Source of the DNA: Acidobacteriota bacterium
Lineage (GTDB): Bacteria > Acidobacteriota > Holophagae > Acanthopleuribacterales > Acanthopleuribacteraceae
Assembly: GCA_020637335.1 (NCBI GenBank)
Contig: JACJWC010000005.1
Location: 109,513 to 173,512, forward strand
DNA: 64,000 bases
Direction of reading: 5' to 3'
The translations under genes and the position numbers were made by a program. Shown one piece after another: positions 38,297 through 48,584 of this stretch. The notes under the pieces were generated by a model, which saw only the letters and a list, made by a program, of their open reading frames with translations, was not told the DNA's origin and did no database searches. Position 1 is the first letter of the stretch. Each line of letters begins with the position of its first letter.

Positions 38297-41200
38297 TTAG
38301 GGATGTTTTAAGGGTATTTTCAAGTTGAAACTACAGCCCTTCCCTGTGCCTTCGCTGGAAACGGAAATATTGCCACCCATCTCGTTCATGGCGTTGGCGC
38401 AAAAGTGCAAACCAAAACCATGGCCCTCCTTTTTGGTGGTAAACCCATAGGTAAAAATGTTTTTTAGGTGTTCGGGTTGGATTCCATGACCATTGTCGAT
38501 GATTTCAATTTGAATCCACTCCCCCTCCAATCGGCTGCGTACGCGTAAAGTGGGGTGATCCGGCTGGGTTGCAAGTGCCTCAATTGCGTTTTTGATCAAG
38601 TTGATGAAGATTTGAAACAGTTTGGACTTTTGACCCGCGACCAGGGGCAAGTCACCAAGATCGTTGACCACCGCCACTTTGGGTTGATTAAACGCATCGG
38701 TTAACACCCGTTCAGCATCCAGCAAGAGCTGGTTAATATCCAGATCCTCCTCAATGCCCATACTGGCATACTGTTGCTGGGAAGCGACAATTTCTCGAAT
38801 ATTTTCGATTTTGTTGCGCAGAAGTTTGGATTCTTCCTGGAGGTGGATCTTGCGTTCACGCAAGGTTTTTGAGAAGGCCAACAAAAAGTCCGGAATCAAT
38901 TTGCCTTGTTTGCCTTCAAAGAAATGGGCCAGATTCGTTTGGGACTGAATGAGCTCCGCCGTGTGGATGAGCAGGTCAGGCCGGATCTCATCGGCATATT
39001 GATCAATCATGGCTGACGACACATTGACTGAATTTAAGGTATTGCCGACGTTGTGCAAGACATCGGTGGCAATTTCGGCCATGCCGGCCATGTGGGCTGC
39101 ATCGACCAATTGGCGTTGTGTCGATCGCAAGGTATTAGCGGTCTGCTCCAGATTGTTATTGGCCATCTCCAAGGCCCGCGTGCGCTCCGTAACGGTAGCC
39201 TCAAGCCACTGACTGCGGCGGCGCAAATAACGCTCGCGGGACAGGCCAAAAAGCACTGGCCCCAGCACGACCAAAAGCAACAACCCGAAGAAGAACCATT
39301 TGGTCTGAAAAAATTTGGGTTGAATTCGAAAAGACAGATCGGTCAACTCTGAAACGAGGGTACCATCATCGGATTGAGCGCGTACCAGGAATCGATAGTC
39401 GCCCGGTCCCAAGTTGTTGTAAAAACCGATTCGGCGCGTACCCGCCATGACCCATTCCTGGTCGTAACCTTCAAGTTTGTGAGCATATTGGATTTTGCCT
39501 GGTGCGCGAAAGGTCAGGGATGCGTAATGGAACTCCAAACGATCGGTTCCGGGCGAGAGTTCTGGTGTTGGCTGATCAATTCGCTCAGCACCATCGACCC
39601 GAAAACTAAAAATAATGGGTTTTGGTGGCGCAGTCGTTTTTGGCACAATGGTCGGATTAAACACCACGGCACCGCGGTAGGTCGGGAACCAGATTTGTCC
39701 GCTGGAATCTCGCGTCGCCAAAGGCCAAACACCGCCCGTCACGTCCAGGCGGATTGGGTTGCGCGGTTCACCGAATACTTCGGATGAGAATTGATCCCGC
39801 TCGCCGCGGACAACGGCCAACATATCAGTCTCTTTGGCGCGGAATATGCCCTTGGATGTTCCGCCCCATAACCAGCCCTCTTCATCGCGCACAATATCAA
39901 AAACAATGTCGTAATACAGACCTTGTTGGCGGGTGAGCTGGGCAATCCGCAAGTCGCGTCCAAAATAGTGCAGGCCTCCGCCGTAAGTGCCCACCCAGAC
40001 GCCGCCGTCGACAGCCGGAACGAGGCATCTGACAAATGAACTCAACAGACCATTTTGGGTGCTGAAGTTCTGGATGTAACCGTCCTGAAAAACGCGGGAA
40101 ATGCCCCCGTCCGTACCAATCCAGATGGTGTTCCGATCGTCCTCAAAAAAACACCTAACCGTATTGTGGATGAGCCCGGTACTGGTGCTCAAAATTGAGA
40201 AGTGATTGCCATCCCAGATGAAACAGCCCGCCACAGTGCCAATCCAAATGCGGCCAGAATGATCTTCATGCAAGGCGCGCACATAATCCGAGGTCAGGCC
40301 CTGCTCCGGTCCGAAGACGCGGATTTCATTTTTATCAACCCGATTGAGCCCTTTGCGGGTTCCCACCCAAATGGCTCCATCGCGGGCCGTTAAAACGGAG
40401 ATGGTATCTGAACTGGAGAGACCATCATCTTTCCCAATGGTGTGGATTAAGCCAGCTTGATAAATCTTAAGCCCACCACCTTCGCTTGCAAACAGCATGG
40501 AACCGGAAGGACCTTGCTGAATTGACCAGATGGCGTCTTCTTCAATGCCTTCTTGCTTGCCAATTAACTTAAAGGCGGCATCTTGGATTTGGACCAGGCC
40601 GAAATGGGTGCCGACCCAAAGGCTTCCCTCTCGATCTTCAATAATGGAGAAGATGCGGCTTTCGGTGAAGCGATTGTGAAAATCTACTCGGCTCAGCTGG
40701 CCCCCATATTGGCGAAACATGCCTTGATGGTGGGTACCAATCCATAAAATCCCATCCGAATCCTGACAGAATGCCGTAATGAACTGGGGGTTTGCATTGT
40801 CCTTTCGCTCGAAAGCAACAGGACTGTCGCCTGGTGCCCAACACAGCAGCCCAACGGCTTCCGTGCCGATCCATAAGTGGTCATCGCGATCCACATACAA
40901 GGCCGTGACGGATGTATAATCCAGAACCGTTCGTTGGGGGCGACCATCCGGCGCGAGCCGCCAAAGTCCGGTATCCGTTCCAATCATCAGTTGGCCCTGC
41001 CACAAAACCATGCATTGGACCACTTGACGATTCTCTTGCCAGAATTGAAGATCGGTTACCTGGGTCAATAAAGGGTCAACCAGGAAAATACCACTGGGCG
41101 TTCCAACATACATACCCCCAGCCTGGCTCGGTGAAAAACACAGGACCTGGGGATCACTTAAACCGGTTCCTGAGCCAAGCACCACCCGATGCGCTTTGCT

Positions 41201-41563
41201 CCAAACCAGAATCCCACCACTGCGTGTACCCGCCCAGATTCGCCCCTGCGGATCTTTAGTGAGTACATTAAAAAACGGACTGGAGTGTTGTCCCGATTGG
41301 GAAAAATCTTCCTCCAAAAACTGAATGCCATCGAACCGCGCCAAGCCATCTTGGGTCCCTACCCACAAATAACCATTTTGGCTTTGCAACACGCTGCAAA
41401 CTGCCGAATGGGGCAGGCCTTTTTCCACGCTGTATTCAGTAAGGACAAATTGATGCGGAGCGCGTTGCGGATCGAGCAGGAAAAAACCCAGGAGAATTAA
41501 TAGCATGGGGAATTGTCCGCTCGACCAGAATCGCGGCACCGAGTTACCTGCCAGAACCGCCAC
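38297..41563 (-). CDS. Sensor histidine kinase with large periplasmic beta-propeller (two-component regulator propeller / Y_Y_Y) sensor domain
   Basis: Numerous LW(I/V)GTxxG(L/I) propeller repeats are followed by a Y_Y_Y-like region and one TM (WFFFGLLLLVVLGPVLFGL). The HisKA region has AHMAGMAEIATDVLHNVGN, and the HATPase region has NLIKNAIEA and GHGFGL. Confidence 0.8.
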   Translation of the reverse strand: MAVLAGNSVPRFWSSGQFPMLLILLGFFLLDPQRAPHQFVLTEYSVEKGLPHSAVCSVLQSQNGYLWVGTQDGLARFDGIQFLEEDFSQSGQHSSPFFNVLTKDPQGRIWAGTRSGGILVWSKAHRVVLGSGTGLSDPQVLCFSPSQAGGMYVGTPSGIFLVDPLLTQVTDLQFWQENRQVVQCMVLWQGQLMIGTDTGLWRLAPDGRPQRTVLDYTSVTALYVDRDDHLWIGTEAVGLLCWAPGDSPVAFERKDNANPQFITAFCQDSDGILWIGTHHQGMFRQYGGQLSRVDFHNRFTESRIFSIIEDREGSLWVGTHFGLVQIQDAAFKLIGKQEGIEEDAIWSIQQGPSGSMLFASEGGGLKIYQAGLIHTIGKDDGLSSSDTISVLTARDGAIWVGTRKGLNRVDKNEIRVFGPEQGLTSDYVRALHEDHSGRIWIGTVAGCFIWDGNHFSILSTSTGLIHNTVRCFFEDDRNTIWIGTDGGISRVFQDGYIQNFSTQNGLLSSFVRCLVPAVDGGVWVGTYGGGLHYFGRDLRIAQLTRQQGLYYDIVFDIVRDEEGWLWGGTSKGIFRAKETDMLAVVRGERDQFSSEVFGEPRNPIRLDVTGGVWPLATRDSSGQIWFPTYRGAVVFNPTIVPKTTAPPKPIIFSFRVDGAERIDQPTPELSPGTDRLEFHYASLTFRAPGKIQYAHKLEGYDQEWVMAGTRRIGFYNNLGPGDYRFLVRAQSDDGTLVSELTDLSFRIQPKFFQTKWFFFGLLLLVVLGPVLFGLSRERYLRRRSQWLEATVTERTRALEMANNNLEQTANTLRSTQRQLVDAAHMAGMAEIATDVLHNVGNTLNSVNVSSAMIDQYADEIRPDLLIHTAELIQSQTNLAHFFEGKQGKLIPDFLLAFSKTLRERKIHLQEESKLLRNKIENIREIVASQQQYASMGIEEDLDINQLLLDAERVLTDAFNQPKVAVVNDLGDLPLVAGQKSKLFQIFINLIKNAIEALATQPDHPTLRVRSRLEGEWIQIEIIDNGHGIQPEHLKNIFTYGFTTKKEGHGFGLHFCANAMNEMGGNISVSSEGTGKGCSFNLKIPLKHP

Positions 41564-41660
41564 AATGGAAGGGCTTCAACCGATATCAGCACTGTTTTTC
41601 ACCTTTTAGAGCTGGGTTCTTGGCCATAGCCTACTCAAAAAGGGTCATGAACAAAAGAGA

Positions 41661-42563
41661 CTATCCGAAAAAAATCGCCTTAAACATCGTGCCAGCCAAC
41701 GCGGGATTTTCTTTTAGACGTCGGACGGAATATTCATACCAACGCTGACCGTAAGGCACATATATTCGCAACTTATGGCCACGCGAGAGGATTTGATCGC
41801 GCAATGCCTCGCGAACACCCAATAACATTTGGAATTCGTATTGATCTTTTTTTAAGCCTTTTTGAGCGATCAGCTTTTCTGCTTGGTCGACCAAATAATC
41901 GTCATGGGTCGCAATGCCGACGTAGGATCCACTGGCAAACATGGCATCCAAAACGGATACAAACTGGTCGCGAATGCCCTGAAACGATTTAATCGCAATG
42001 GCTTCGGGCTCCACATAGATACCTTTACACAAGCGGAAATGGCCCGGCTGATCAGCCGTGATCTCTTTAACGTCCTGGGGTGTGCGTTTCAGGTAGGCCT
42101 GCAATACAACCCCTACATGATGGCCAAAACGTTTGCGAAAACGCTCGTACATGCGAATTGTTGGAGTCGTGCATTCGCTGTCCTCCATGTCGATGCGCAT
42201 AAAATTGCCCATTTTGGCAGCTTCTTCGAGTAGGGACTCCAAAATTCGGCAGCATTGATCTTCATCCAGGAGCAGGCCGAAGGATGTGGGTTTTATGCTG
42301 ATGTTAGCGTCCAATTGGTGCTCTTGAATCACCTTCAAAATGTTGCGATAGCCCTGTTCGTTTTCGGCAACCTGATCAAAGTTTTCGACAAATTCGCCCA
42401 ACAGGTCGATGGTCGTGCAAAACCCTTTTTGATTGAGGTCCTTCACGGTGGAAACGGCTTGATCCAATTCGGCGCCTGCAATGTAGGCTTTAGAAAGACG
42501 CTTAACGATTGGTTTTGGCACCAACGGCAAAGTTTTTACAATGAATTGGTCGAGCACGCCCAT
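41661..42563 (-). CDS. Proline dehydrogenase (monofunctional PRODH)
   Basis: A 300-aa TIM-barrel PRODH signature including FRLCKGIYVEP (compare the conserved RLVKGAY motif). Confidence 0.7.
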   Translation of the reverse strand: MGVLDQFIVKTLPLVPKPIVKRLSKAYIAGAELDQAVSTVKDLNQKGFCTTIDLLGEFVENFDQVAENEQGYRNILKVIQEHQLDANISIKPTSFGLLLDEDQCCRILESLLEEAAKMGNFMRIDMEDSECTTPTIRMYERFRKRFGHHVGVVLQAYLKRTPQDVKEITADQPGHFRLCKGIYVEPEAIAIKSFQGIRDQFVSVLDAMFASGSYVGIATHDDYLVDQAEKLIAQKGLKKDQYEFQMLLGVREALRDQILSRGHKLRIYVPYGQRWYEYSVRRLKENPALAGTMFKAIFFG

Positions 42564-42650
42564 TTTCCCTCCTGCCCTGTCGCGCGCATTCTCACACAGG
42601 GCAAAACGGAGTACAAGTACAACCTGTCCGCTGCCCGCTTAGCCGTAACC

Positions 42651-43919
42651 TTAGCCCTCTTCTCTAGGTCCAAGCACCGATTGAAAATAGCGGCGTAGCT
42701 CAGGTCCCAAGACCCGTTTTCGGGCCGCCAAGCGCTGGCGTTCCTTGTAGGCTTTGTGGCTTGCAGGCCCAATGATGGTCGACTTGTAACTCTCCTTGTC
42801 CTGCAATTGGATTTCATAGTCGAAATAAAACGGGATTTCAGGTGTACCAATCTCGCTGACCAACCGCGAACGCAGATGCTCGGCCTCTTTGCCAGGAATG
42901 TGGTTGAGTTCGTGAATCAATCGGGTCCAATCCTGGAGGTAGGGGTTATTGACATGAATCATTTTGCGCACGGTTACTTGGATGGCCTGGTATTCGGTCG
43001 CTGTAAACGGGTTGTCCCATTGTTCACTAGAGCGGCTGGTATGTGCCAATTCGCGATCCATTTTTTGCAACAACTGGGTTGGGTAGCGCCTGCTAATCTC
43101 CAATTGGTCGCGATAGCGTTTGTAAACCTCATGCGCCGCCCGCAAATCAATTAAGGTATTGCGCGAACGGAAAGGTTTTAGATTGGTGTAACTGATTAGA
43201 TGATTGCGGTGCAGTAGACGAAGTGCCAACAGGCACTCAAACTTGGTATTAAAAACCAAACGCATGCCCAAATGGTCATAGATATCGGCCGCTACGGTCT
43301 GACTTTTGTGCAACAGCTTAAGCACCATACTCGGCCGGTCCTTGTTGCGTTTGCGCGAATAACGCACGAGCGGAATGGATTGCACATCATCTTGCAAATA
43401 TTTGCGTTGGCCTTTATCGATCATGACCCGCTCAAAGCCCGTGAAAACCTGTGAGCGAATTTGGTCAAAAAAGCGCAATTTCAGGTCGAAATCGATATGG
43501 AAGAGGATGTGCATGACCTTGAGGACCGAACAGGCAAACATTTGATGCACTTTACTGGTATTGAGATAGTTAGAAGCCATTACGACCAAATCCAAGATAT
43601 GGCGTGGTGCCTTCACCTCTGGAGGACACAGCGCATATTCTTCAGCGCTAAGAATATATTCCTGCAGAAAGTTCAAGGCTTCAGCATGCGCCTGCCAGGC
43701 TCTTTTCTGGTGGTCGGGGACCATCGGATTGATGCCGTATTCAATCGCAAACTGCAACGCCTGGTCACGGGTCCGAATCTGCAAGCGCGTCAAATCAACC
43801 GCAGACTTGCCGGTCAAAATTCCATCCATCTGGGACCAATTGAGGAAAAAGGGTTCCTGACGCGATTCAGATCGTTCTGCGTACGGGCTCAACGTGAAAT
43901 CTTCGGTTTCAAAAAACAA
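42651..43919 (-). CDS. Hypothetical protein with RelA/SpoT-like nucleotidyltransferase motifs
   Basis: Four collinear motifs are present. RYSRKRNKDRPSMVLK matches RxKxxxS..K. DHLGMRLVF matches DxxGxRxv. EYQAIQVTV matches GYxSxHxxv with H replaced by Q. YEIQLQD matches EIQIRT. The spacing is longer than in canonical small alarmone synthetases. Confidence 0.45.
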   Translation of the reverse strand: MFFETEDFTLSPYAERSESRQEPFFLNWSQMDGILTGKSAVDLTRLQIRTRDQALQFAIEYGINPMVPDHQKRAWQAHAEALNFLQEYILSAEEYALCPPEVKAPRHILDLVVMASNYLNTSKVHQMFACSVLKVMHILFHIDFDLKLRFFDQIRSQVFTGFERVMIDKGQRKYLQDDVQSIPLVRYSRKRNKDRPSMVLKLLHKSQTVAADIYDHLGMRLVFNTKFECLLALRLLHRNHLISYTNLKPFRSRNTLIDLRAAHEVYKRYRDQLEISRRYPTQLLQKMDRELAHTSRSSEQWDNPFTATEYQAIQVTVRKMIHVNNPYLQDWTRLIHELNHIPGKEAEHLRSRLVSEIGTPEIPFYFDYEIQLQDKESYKSTIIGPASHKAYKERQRLAARKRVLGPELRRYFQSVLGPREEG

Positions 43920-43990
43920 GGACTAACCACCTATAACCGTTTTGAAGTGAATTCCTGTAGCCTTCTTGTCGGCGCAAACGTAAAAATCGA

Positions 43991-44500
43991 TCAGATGTTG
44001 CGCGAAAGAATTTCATCAAGCAATCCCTGAATGGATTGGTAGAGCTGAGCTACATAATATGCTATCAGACTGATGCCCAGAGCCCAGAACAGACAGGCCA
44101 AAGCATTGAGCCGCAGAAATTGGGGCCGCGCGAAACCGGTTCGACCCAAATAACTGCACCCCCACGCCCGCAAATACATTTGATAGCGCAGAAACGTTAA
44201 GCTGAACAAAGGGAAGCGATTGACCAACGGACGAAACTCTTCCATTTTGTGCAACCACCGTTTTAACCAACGTTTCCAAAACGGATTTGACGCCGGTTGG
44301 TCCTGTTGATTTTGGCCGCGCACAAACCAGAACCAATCGCCCAAATACGCGCCGAGCCACGCCGCGCACACAAACAGAACAAAGGATCCGCCGCGAGAAA
44401 AGTGAACACTACCCAGGATGAGCATGGACAACTCCCCTTCCAGTAAGGTCCCCAAAAAAACAAGCAGAATCAGCATAAGCAAACTCGGAATAGGCGGCAA
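43991..44500 (-). CDS. YqaA/DedA-like small membrane protein
   Basis: The 169-aa ORF has 4 TM helices and the DedA/YqaA-type GxxLxG...W motif region. Confidence 0.55.
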   Translation of the reverse strand: MPPIPSLLMLILLVFLGTLLEGELSMLILGSVHFSRGGSFVLFVCAAWLGAYLGDWFWFVRGQNQQDQPASNPFWKRWLKRWLHKMEEFRPLVNRFPLFSLTFLRYQMYLRAWGCSYLGRTGFARPQFLRLNALACLFWALGISLIAYYVAQLYQSIQGLLDEILSRNI

Positions 44501-44572
44501 AAACAGTATTTGTACCTGCTATTGGGCACAGCAAAGCCGGCAGCTTTTGTGCGAAACATCGTCTCCCCTTTA

Positions 44573-45385
44573 TCAGGAGTGTATGAAGCGTTGACGATGG
44601 GTGTAAACGTTCAGCCGATTATCTTTGACAAAGCTGATCAAAGTCAAACCGGCCTCACGCGCCAACTCAATGGCCGAAGAGCTGGGCGCACCCAGCGATG
44701 CCACGAGGGGGATACCGACCATAGCCGCTTTGTAGACCAACTCAAAACCGGCCCGGCCCGACAATAAAAGGGCTCGCGCCCCAAAAGGTCCCTTGGTCCC
44801 CAAAATATGCAAACCGATTACTTTGTCGACAGCATTGTGTCGACCCACATCCTCGGCCAAAAGTAGCAGCTCACCTTGTGCATTGAGCAGACCAGCCGCA
44901 TGGGAGCCACCGGATTGGCTAAAGCACTTTTGACCCAGCGAGAAGGCGCCGAACCCGTGACGCAGGGCAATTAGGGAGATTTGGAATGAATCGTTTGGCC
45001 GCACAAATTGGTCACAGGCCCATTCCGTTAAATCGGACCCGCACCAGCCACAACCGGCATGAACCAAACTCAAGCGATCCGCCCGATCGGCCAATCCTGA
45101 TGGGTCCGAGAGGGTTACGGTTGCCTGTCCGCACTCGCCATGGCTGGATGACAATTCAACATTAATTTCCGCATGCCCATCCCAAATGCCCGATGTGCGC
45201 AACAGCCCGCAGACGAGGGCTCGATCTTCACCAGGCGTGCGTAAAAACACGCCCAGCTCAAGCCGCTTCTGGCCGCTAACTACTGAAATTTGGAGCGGTT
45301 CCTCGACCAGCACCCAATCCATGATTTCGCTTTGCATTTGGCCATCTTGTTTATAGGTGACAAAGGGTTTTAACGGTTGGTTCAC
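44573..45385 (-). CDS. fdhD: Formate dehydrogenase accessory sulfurtransferase FdhD
   Basis: HAGCGWCGS catalytic Cys loop and C-terminal ...ASLGAPSSSAIELAREAGLTLISF, typical FdhD. Start overlaps the upstream oxidoreductase stop (ATGA). Confidence 0.85.
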   Translation of the reverse strand: MNQPLKPFVTYKQDGQMQSEIMDWVLVEEPLQISVVSGQKRLELGVFLRTPGEDRALVCGLLRTSGIWDGHAEINVELSSSHGECGQATVTLSDPSGLADRADRLSLVHAGCGWCGSDLTEWACDQFVRPNDSFQISLIALRHGFGAFSLGQKCFSQSGGSHAAGLLNAQGELLLLAEDVGRHNAVDKVIGLHILGTKGPFGARALLLSGRAGFELVYKAAMVGIPLVASLGAPSSSAIELAREAGLTLISFVKDNRLNVYTHRQRFIHS

Positions 45386-47568
45386 GGATCGACTTTCTCA
45401 GCGCGCACCTTGGTCTCGCGAAAAGCAGGCATGCCACAGGCAATATCATGTACATCGGAAGGAATCAGCGGGTTGATTTCGGGCCAATAAGCCATTATGG
45501 TGCCGGGATATAAGTCCGCTTCAAGGGCTTCGGCTTCAAAAACCCCGCGTTCATTAGAAAGCCGAACGCGTTGGCCGGGCCGCAATCCCAGCCGTTTCAT
45601 ATCAGCACCACTCATCAGAACCTGGTGGCGGTCTGCGCCAGCTAAGTTGTCGCGAACAACAAAGGCCATGCTGTTGAATTGTTTGCCTCGGCGGGAGGTT
45701 AAGCGGAATAAATCCGCGTCGTCCTTACTGGGTTCCAGTCGAATGGCCACAAAATGAGCCTTGCCGTCTGGAGTCCCAAAATGTCGATTTTCACCCAATC
45801 GCGCTCCGCCATATTGAACCCAATCGCCCTGTTTCTCAAGCGTTTCGATGCCCTGATAAAACGGAACACACTGCGCAATTTCGCGGCGAATGGCCGCGGT
45901 GCTGGAAAATTCCAAATTGGCCTTGCGATCCGGCCGGGCCAACCCAACCAAATCGCAAATCACGCGCCACTCATCGCGGGCTTCTTCGATGCGACGGCCT
46001 GCAACTTCCGGATTAAAAATAATTCGCCGTTCGGTTGAAGTCTCCGTATTGCCGCCGACCATCTCGTAACGGGTGGTTGCGGGCAGAATCCAAATGTCTC
46101 CAGCGGCAGGCACAAACATTTGCGGGTTGAGGACAATGTCGTGGTGGACCCGCATCGGTAATTTCTCCAATGCCGATTGCACCCTTTTACTATCGGGCAA
46201 AACCCCCATCAGGTTACTGCCAACACAATAAAGCAGGTCCAACTTGCCGTCTAAGGCAGCCTCCATCATCTCGGTCACGAAATAGCCCTTCTCAACTGGC
46301 GGCTGAAACCCCCACAGATCAGCCATTTGCGTTTGGCCTTCTTCATTAAGTCCAACCCCACCGGGGTAATGGTTGGGAACAGCCCCCATCTCGGCGCCAC
46401 CTTGCACCCCGGAATGACCGCGAATCGGCATTAAACCGCAATGGGGCCGACCGATAAACCCACGCGCTAAGGCCAAATTGGCAATCGCCGAAACGTTTTC
46501 AACCCCAAATGGATGCATGGTAATGCCCATGGACCAAATAAAAATGGCGCTTTTGGCCTTGGCGTAGGTCTCTGTGAAATGAGTGATTTGAGCCAAATCC
46601 AGGCCAGATTCTGCAACTAATTCCGCCAGGCTGAAGCGATCGAGTTCGTGCTGAAGTTCTGGCCAGCCACTGGTGGCGTTTTGGATGAATTCCAAGTCCA
46701 AATAACCCTTTTCGCTGGCCAATTTGAGCACAGCCAAAATCATGGCCCGATCGCCACCCGGTTTGACTTGGTAAAAATCATCCGCAATCTTGGTCCCAAA
46801 CAGAACCGATTCAGGGGTGGAGGGTACCCAATAGCGTTCCATACCCGGTTCGCGGAAGGGATTAACCACGGCTATTTTGGTCCCTTTTTTGCGCGCCTCG
46901 TGCAGATATTTCATCAAAACAGGTTGGTTATTGGCCGCATTGGAGCCAAAAAAGACCAACCATTCGCTGCCGATCAAATCGCTGTAGGAGCAGGTTGTGG
47001 CGGCAAATCCAACGGTTTGTTTCAGACCCGTCGTGCTGGGCGCGTGGCAAATACGGGCCGAATTGTCGACATGAGGACAATCCAAAGCCCGCACGGCCTT
47101 CTGAAATGCGTAATAGGTTTCATTGACCGTACCGCGCGAAACCAAATAAAAGGCCATACGCTGAGGATCGGTTTGCGCTAACTTTTGCCCTAAGGCGGCA
47201 TATACATCCGTCCAGGATTTGCGTTCTAATACCGACGAACCCGCTCGTTTCAATAAAGGATACGGGATCCGACCCAGTTCACGCAGGGCTTGTTCGTTCA
47301 TCGACGCCAAACGACCGACGTCGGTTAATTCAGTATCCTTGATGGCCGGCATGGTATTTAAACGCAGCAGGTTCAAACGGATCCAACACAAATGAACACC
47401 GTCAATGGTCCAATCCTTTAAGCCAGTGGTCCCCAAGGCACAACCATCGCACACACCTTGGTTGAGGATCCGCCAGGCATGGCCAAGTGAATCGCGGTTT
47501 TTCCACAAGGTACGGCCGATTTCCTGAAACGGGCTGAACCGCCGTTCAAACGCGCGTTTCAAGGACAT
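45382..47568 (-). CDS. FdhF/YdeP-family molybdopterin (bis-MGD) oxidoreductase
   Basis: The 728-aa ORF has an N-terminal Cys cluster (GVCDGCALG), a molybdopterin oxidoreductase domain and a C-terminal MopB dinucleotide-binding domain. It is adjacent to fdhD, as is usual for this family. Confidence 0.8.
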   Translation of the reverse strand: MSLKRAFERRFSPFQEIGRTLWKNRDSLGHAWRILNQGVCDGCALGTTGLKDWTIDGVHLCWIRLNLLRLNTMPAIKDTELTDVGRLASMNEQALRELGRIPYPLLKRAGSSVLERKSWTDVYAALGQKLAQTDPQRMAFYLVSRGTVNETYYAFQKAVRALDCPHVDNSARICHAPSTTGLKQTVGFAATTCSYSDLIGSEWLVFFGSNAANNQPVLMKYLHEARKKGTKIAVVNPFREPGMERYWVPSTPESVLFGTKIADDFYQVKPGGDRAMILAVLKLASEKGYLDLEFIQNATSGWPELQHELDRFSLAELVAESGLDLAQITHFTETYAKAKSAIFIWSMGITMHPFGVENVSAIANLALARGFIGRPHCGLMPIRGHSGVQGGAEMGAVPNHYPGGVGLNEEGQTQMADLWGFQPPVEKGYFVTEMMEAALDGKLDLLYCVGSNLMGVLPDSKRVQSALEKLPMRVHHDIVLNPQMFVPAAGDIWILPATTRYEMVGGNTETSTERRIIFNPEVAGRRIEEARDEWRVICDLVGLARPDRKANLEFSSTAAIRREIAQCVPFYQGIETLEKQGDWVQYGGARLGENRHFGTPDGKAHFVAIRLEPSKDDADLFRLTSRRGKQFNSMAFVVRDNLAGADRHQVLMSGADMKRLGLRPGQRVRLSNERGVFEAEALEADLYPGTIMAYWPEINPLIPSDVHDIACGMPAFRETKVRAEKVDP

Positions 47569-47570
47569 AC

Positions 47571-48542
47571 CTAAACCTCCAGCGTTTCGAAAAATGCGGG
47601 CAAGGCCTCGGGTTTGAGGTTTTTGAAATCAAATAAGTCGGGGTCGGCCAACTGGCTGGGTACCACCTTTTGCAAGGCGCTGAAAATGACATCCAATCGA
47701 CCGGGTTCTTCCAGTTCCCAGCCCTGTAACATGGCCTTGACCTTCTTGCGTTTTAGGTGTTCCTGCGAACCGCACAAATCGCATGGAATGATGGGGTACT
47801 GCATTTCGACCGCGAACCGCTCGATTTCAGCTTCACGAACAAAAGCAAGCGGGCGAATAACCACATGTTTGCCGGAATCAGAAAGGAGTTTGGGCGGCAT
47901 GGCCTTTAAGTTCCCGTTGTAGAACATATTGAGGAATAAGGTTTCCATGATGTCATCGCGATGATGTCCCAGCGCGATTTTGGTGATCTGATTCTCTTCC
48001 GCACATCGGTACAGGATGCCACGCCGCAGACGCGAACACAGCGAACAGGTGGTTTGTCCTTCCGGAATAACCCGCTTAACGATGGAATATGTGTCTTCCT
48101 GAAGAATTAAATACGGAATTCCGCGGCTGGATAAATAATTTGGCAACACATGTTCGGGGAAGCCCGGTTGCTTTTGGTCCAGGTTCACGGCCAGCAATTC
48201 AAAGCGAATGGGCGCTCGTTTTTGAAGTTCCAGCAACAGTTCCAGCAAGGTGTAGGAATCCTTGCCACCGGAGAGGCAGACCATAATTTTGTCGCCGTCT
48301 TCGATCATATTGTAGGTCTCGATTGCACGACCCACCTGGCGCAACAATTTTTTGAGCAGAACTTTATCGGGAACCGGTACTTCGATCAAACGCCACCTCG
48401 AACTCCCAGTTTTACCTAATTTCGCCTGACCTGTAAATCGGCCGGCCAGTGAACCATCCAGATTCAGGGCGTATTCTCTCCATCCCAAAGAACAAGGTTT
48501 TCGCCGAGAGGAATAGCTGATCAGGTTAAAAAAACATGACAA
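47571..48542 (-). CDS. ttcA: tRNA 2-thiocytidine(32) synthetase TtcA
   Basis: Near-collinear similarity to E. coli TtcA. Shared features include the PP-loop [10 protein letters not shown], the [10 protein letters not shown] and CDLCGSQ cysteine motifs, and [18 protein letters not shown]. The exact start is uncertain because the listed start is a TTG. Confidence 0.85.
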   Translation of the reverse strand: MSCFFNLISYSSRRKPCSLGWREYALNLDGSLAGRFTGQAKLGKTGSSRWRLIEVPVPDKVLLKKLLRQVGRAIETYNMIEDGDKIMVCLSGGKDSYTLLELLLELQKRAPIRFELLAVNLDQKQPGFPEHVLPNYLSSRGIPYLILQEDTYSIVKRVIPEGQTTCSLCSRLRRGILYRCAEENQITKIALGHHRDDIMETLFLNMFYNGNLKAMPPKLLSDSGKHVVIRPLAFVREAEIERFAVEMQYPIIPCDLCGSQEHLKRKKVKAMLQGWELEEPGRLDVIFSALQKVVPSQLADPDLFDFKNLKPEALPAFFETLEV

Positions 48543-48584
48543 ACAACTAGAGGAAAAGTAATTTTTTTGCCTTAAAATTATAGG

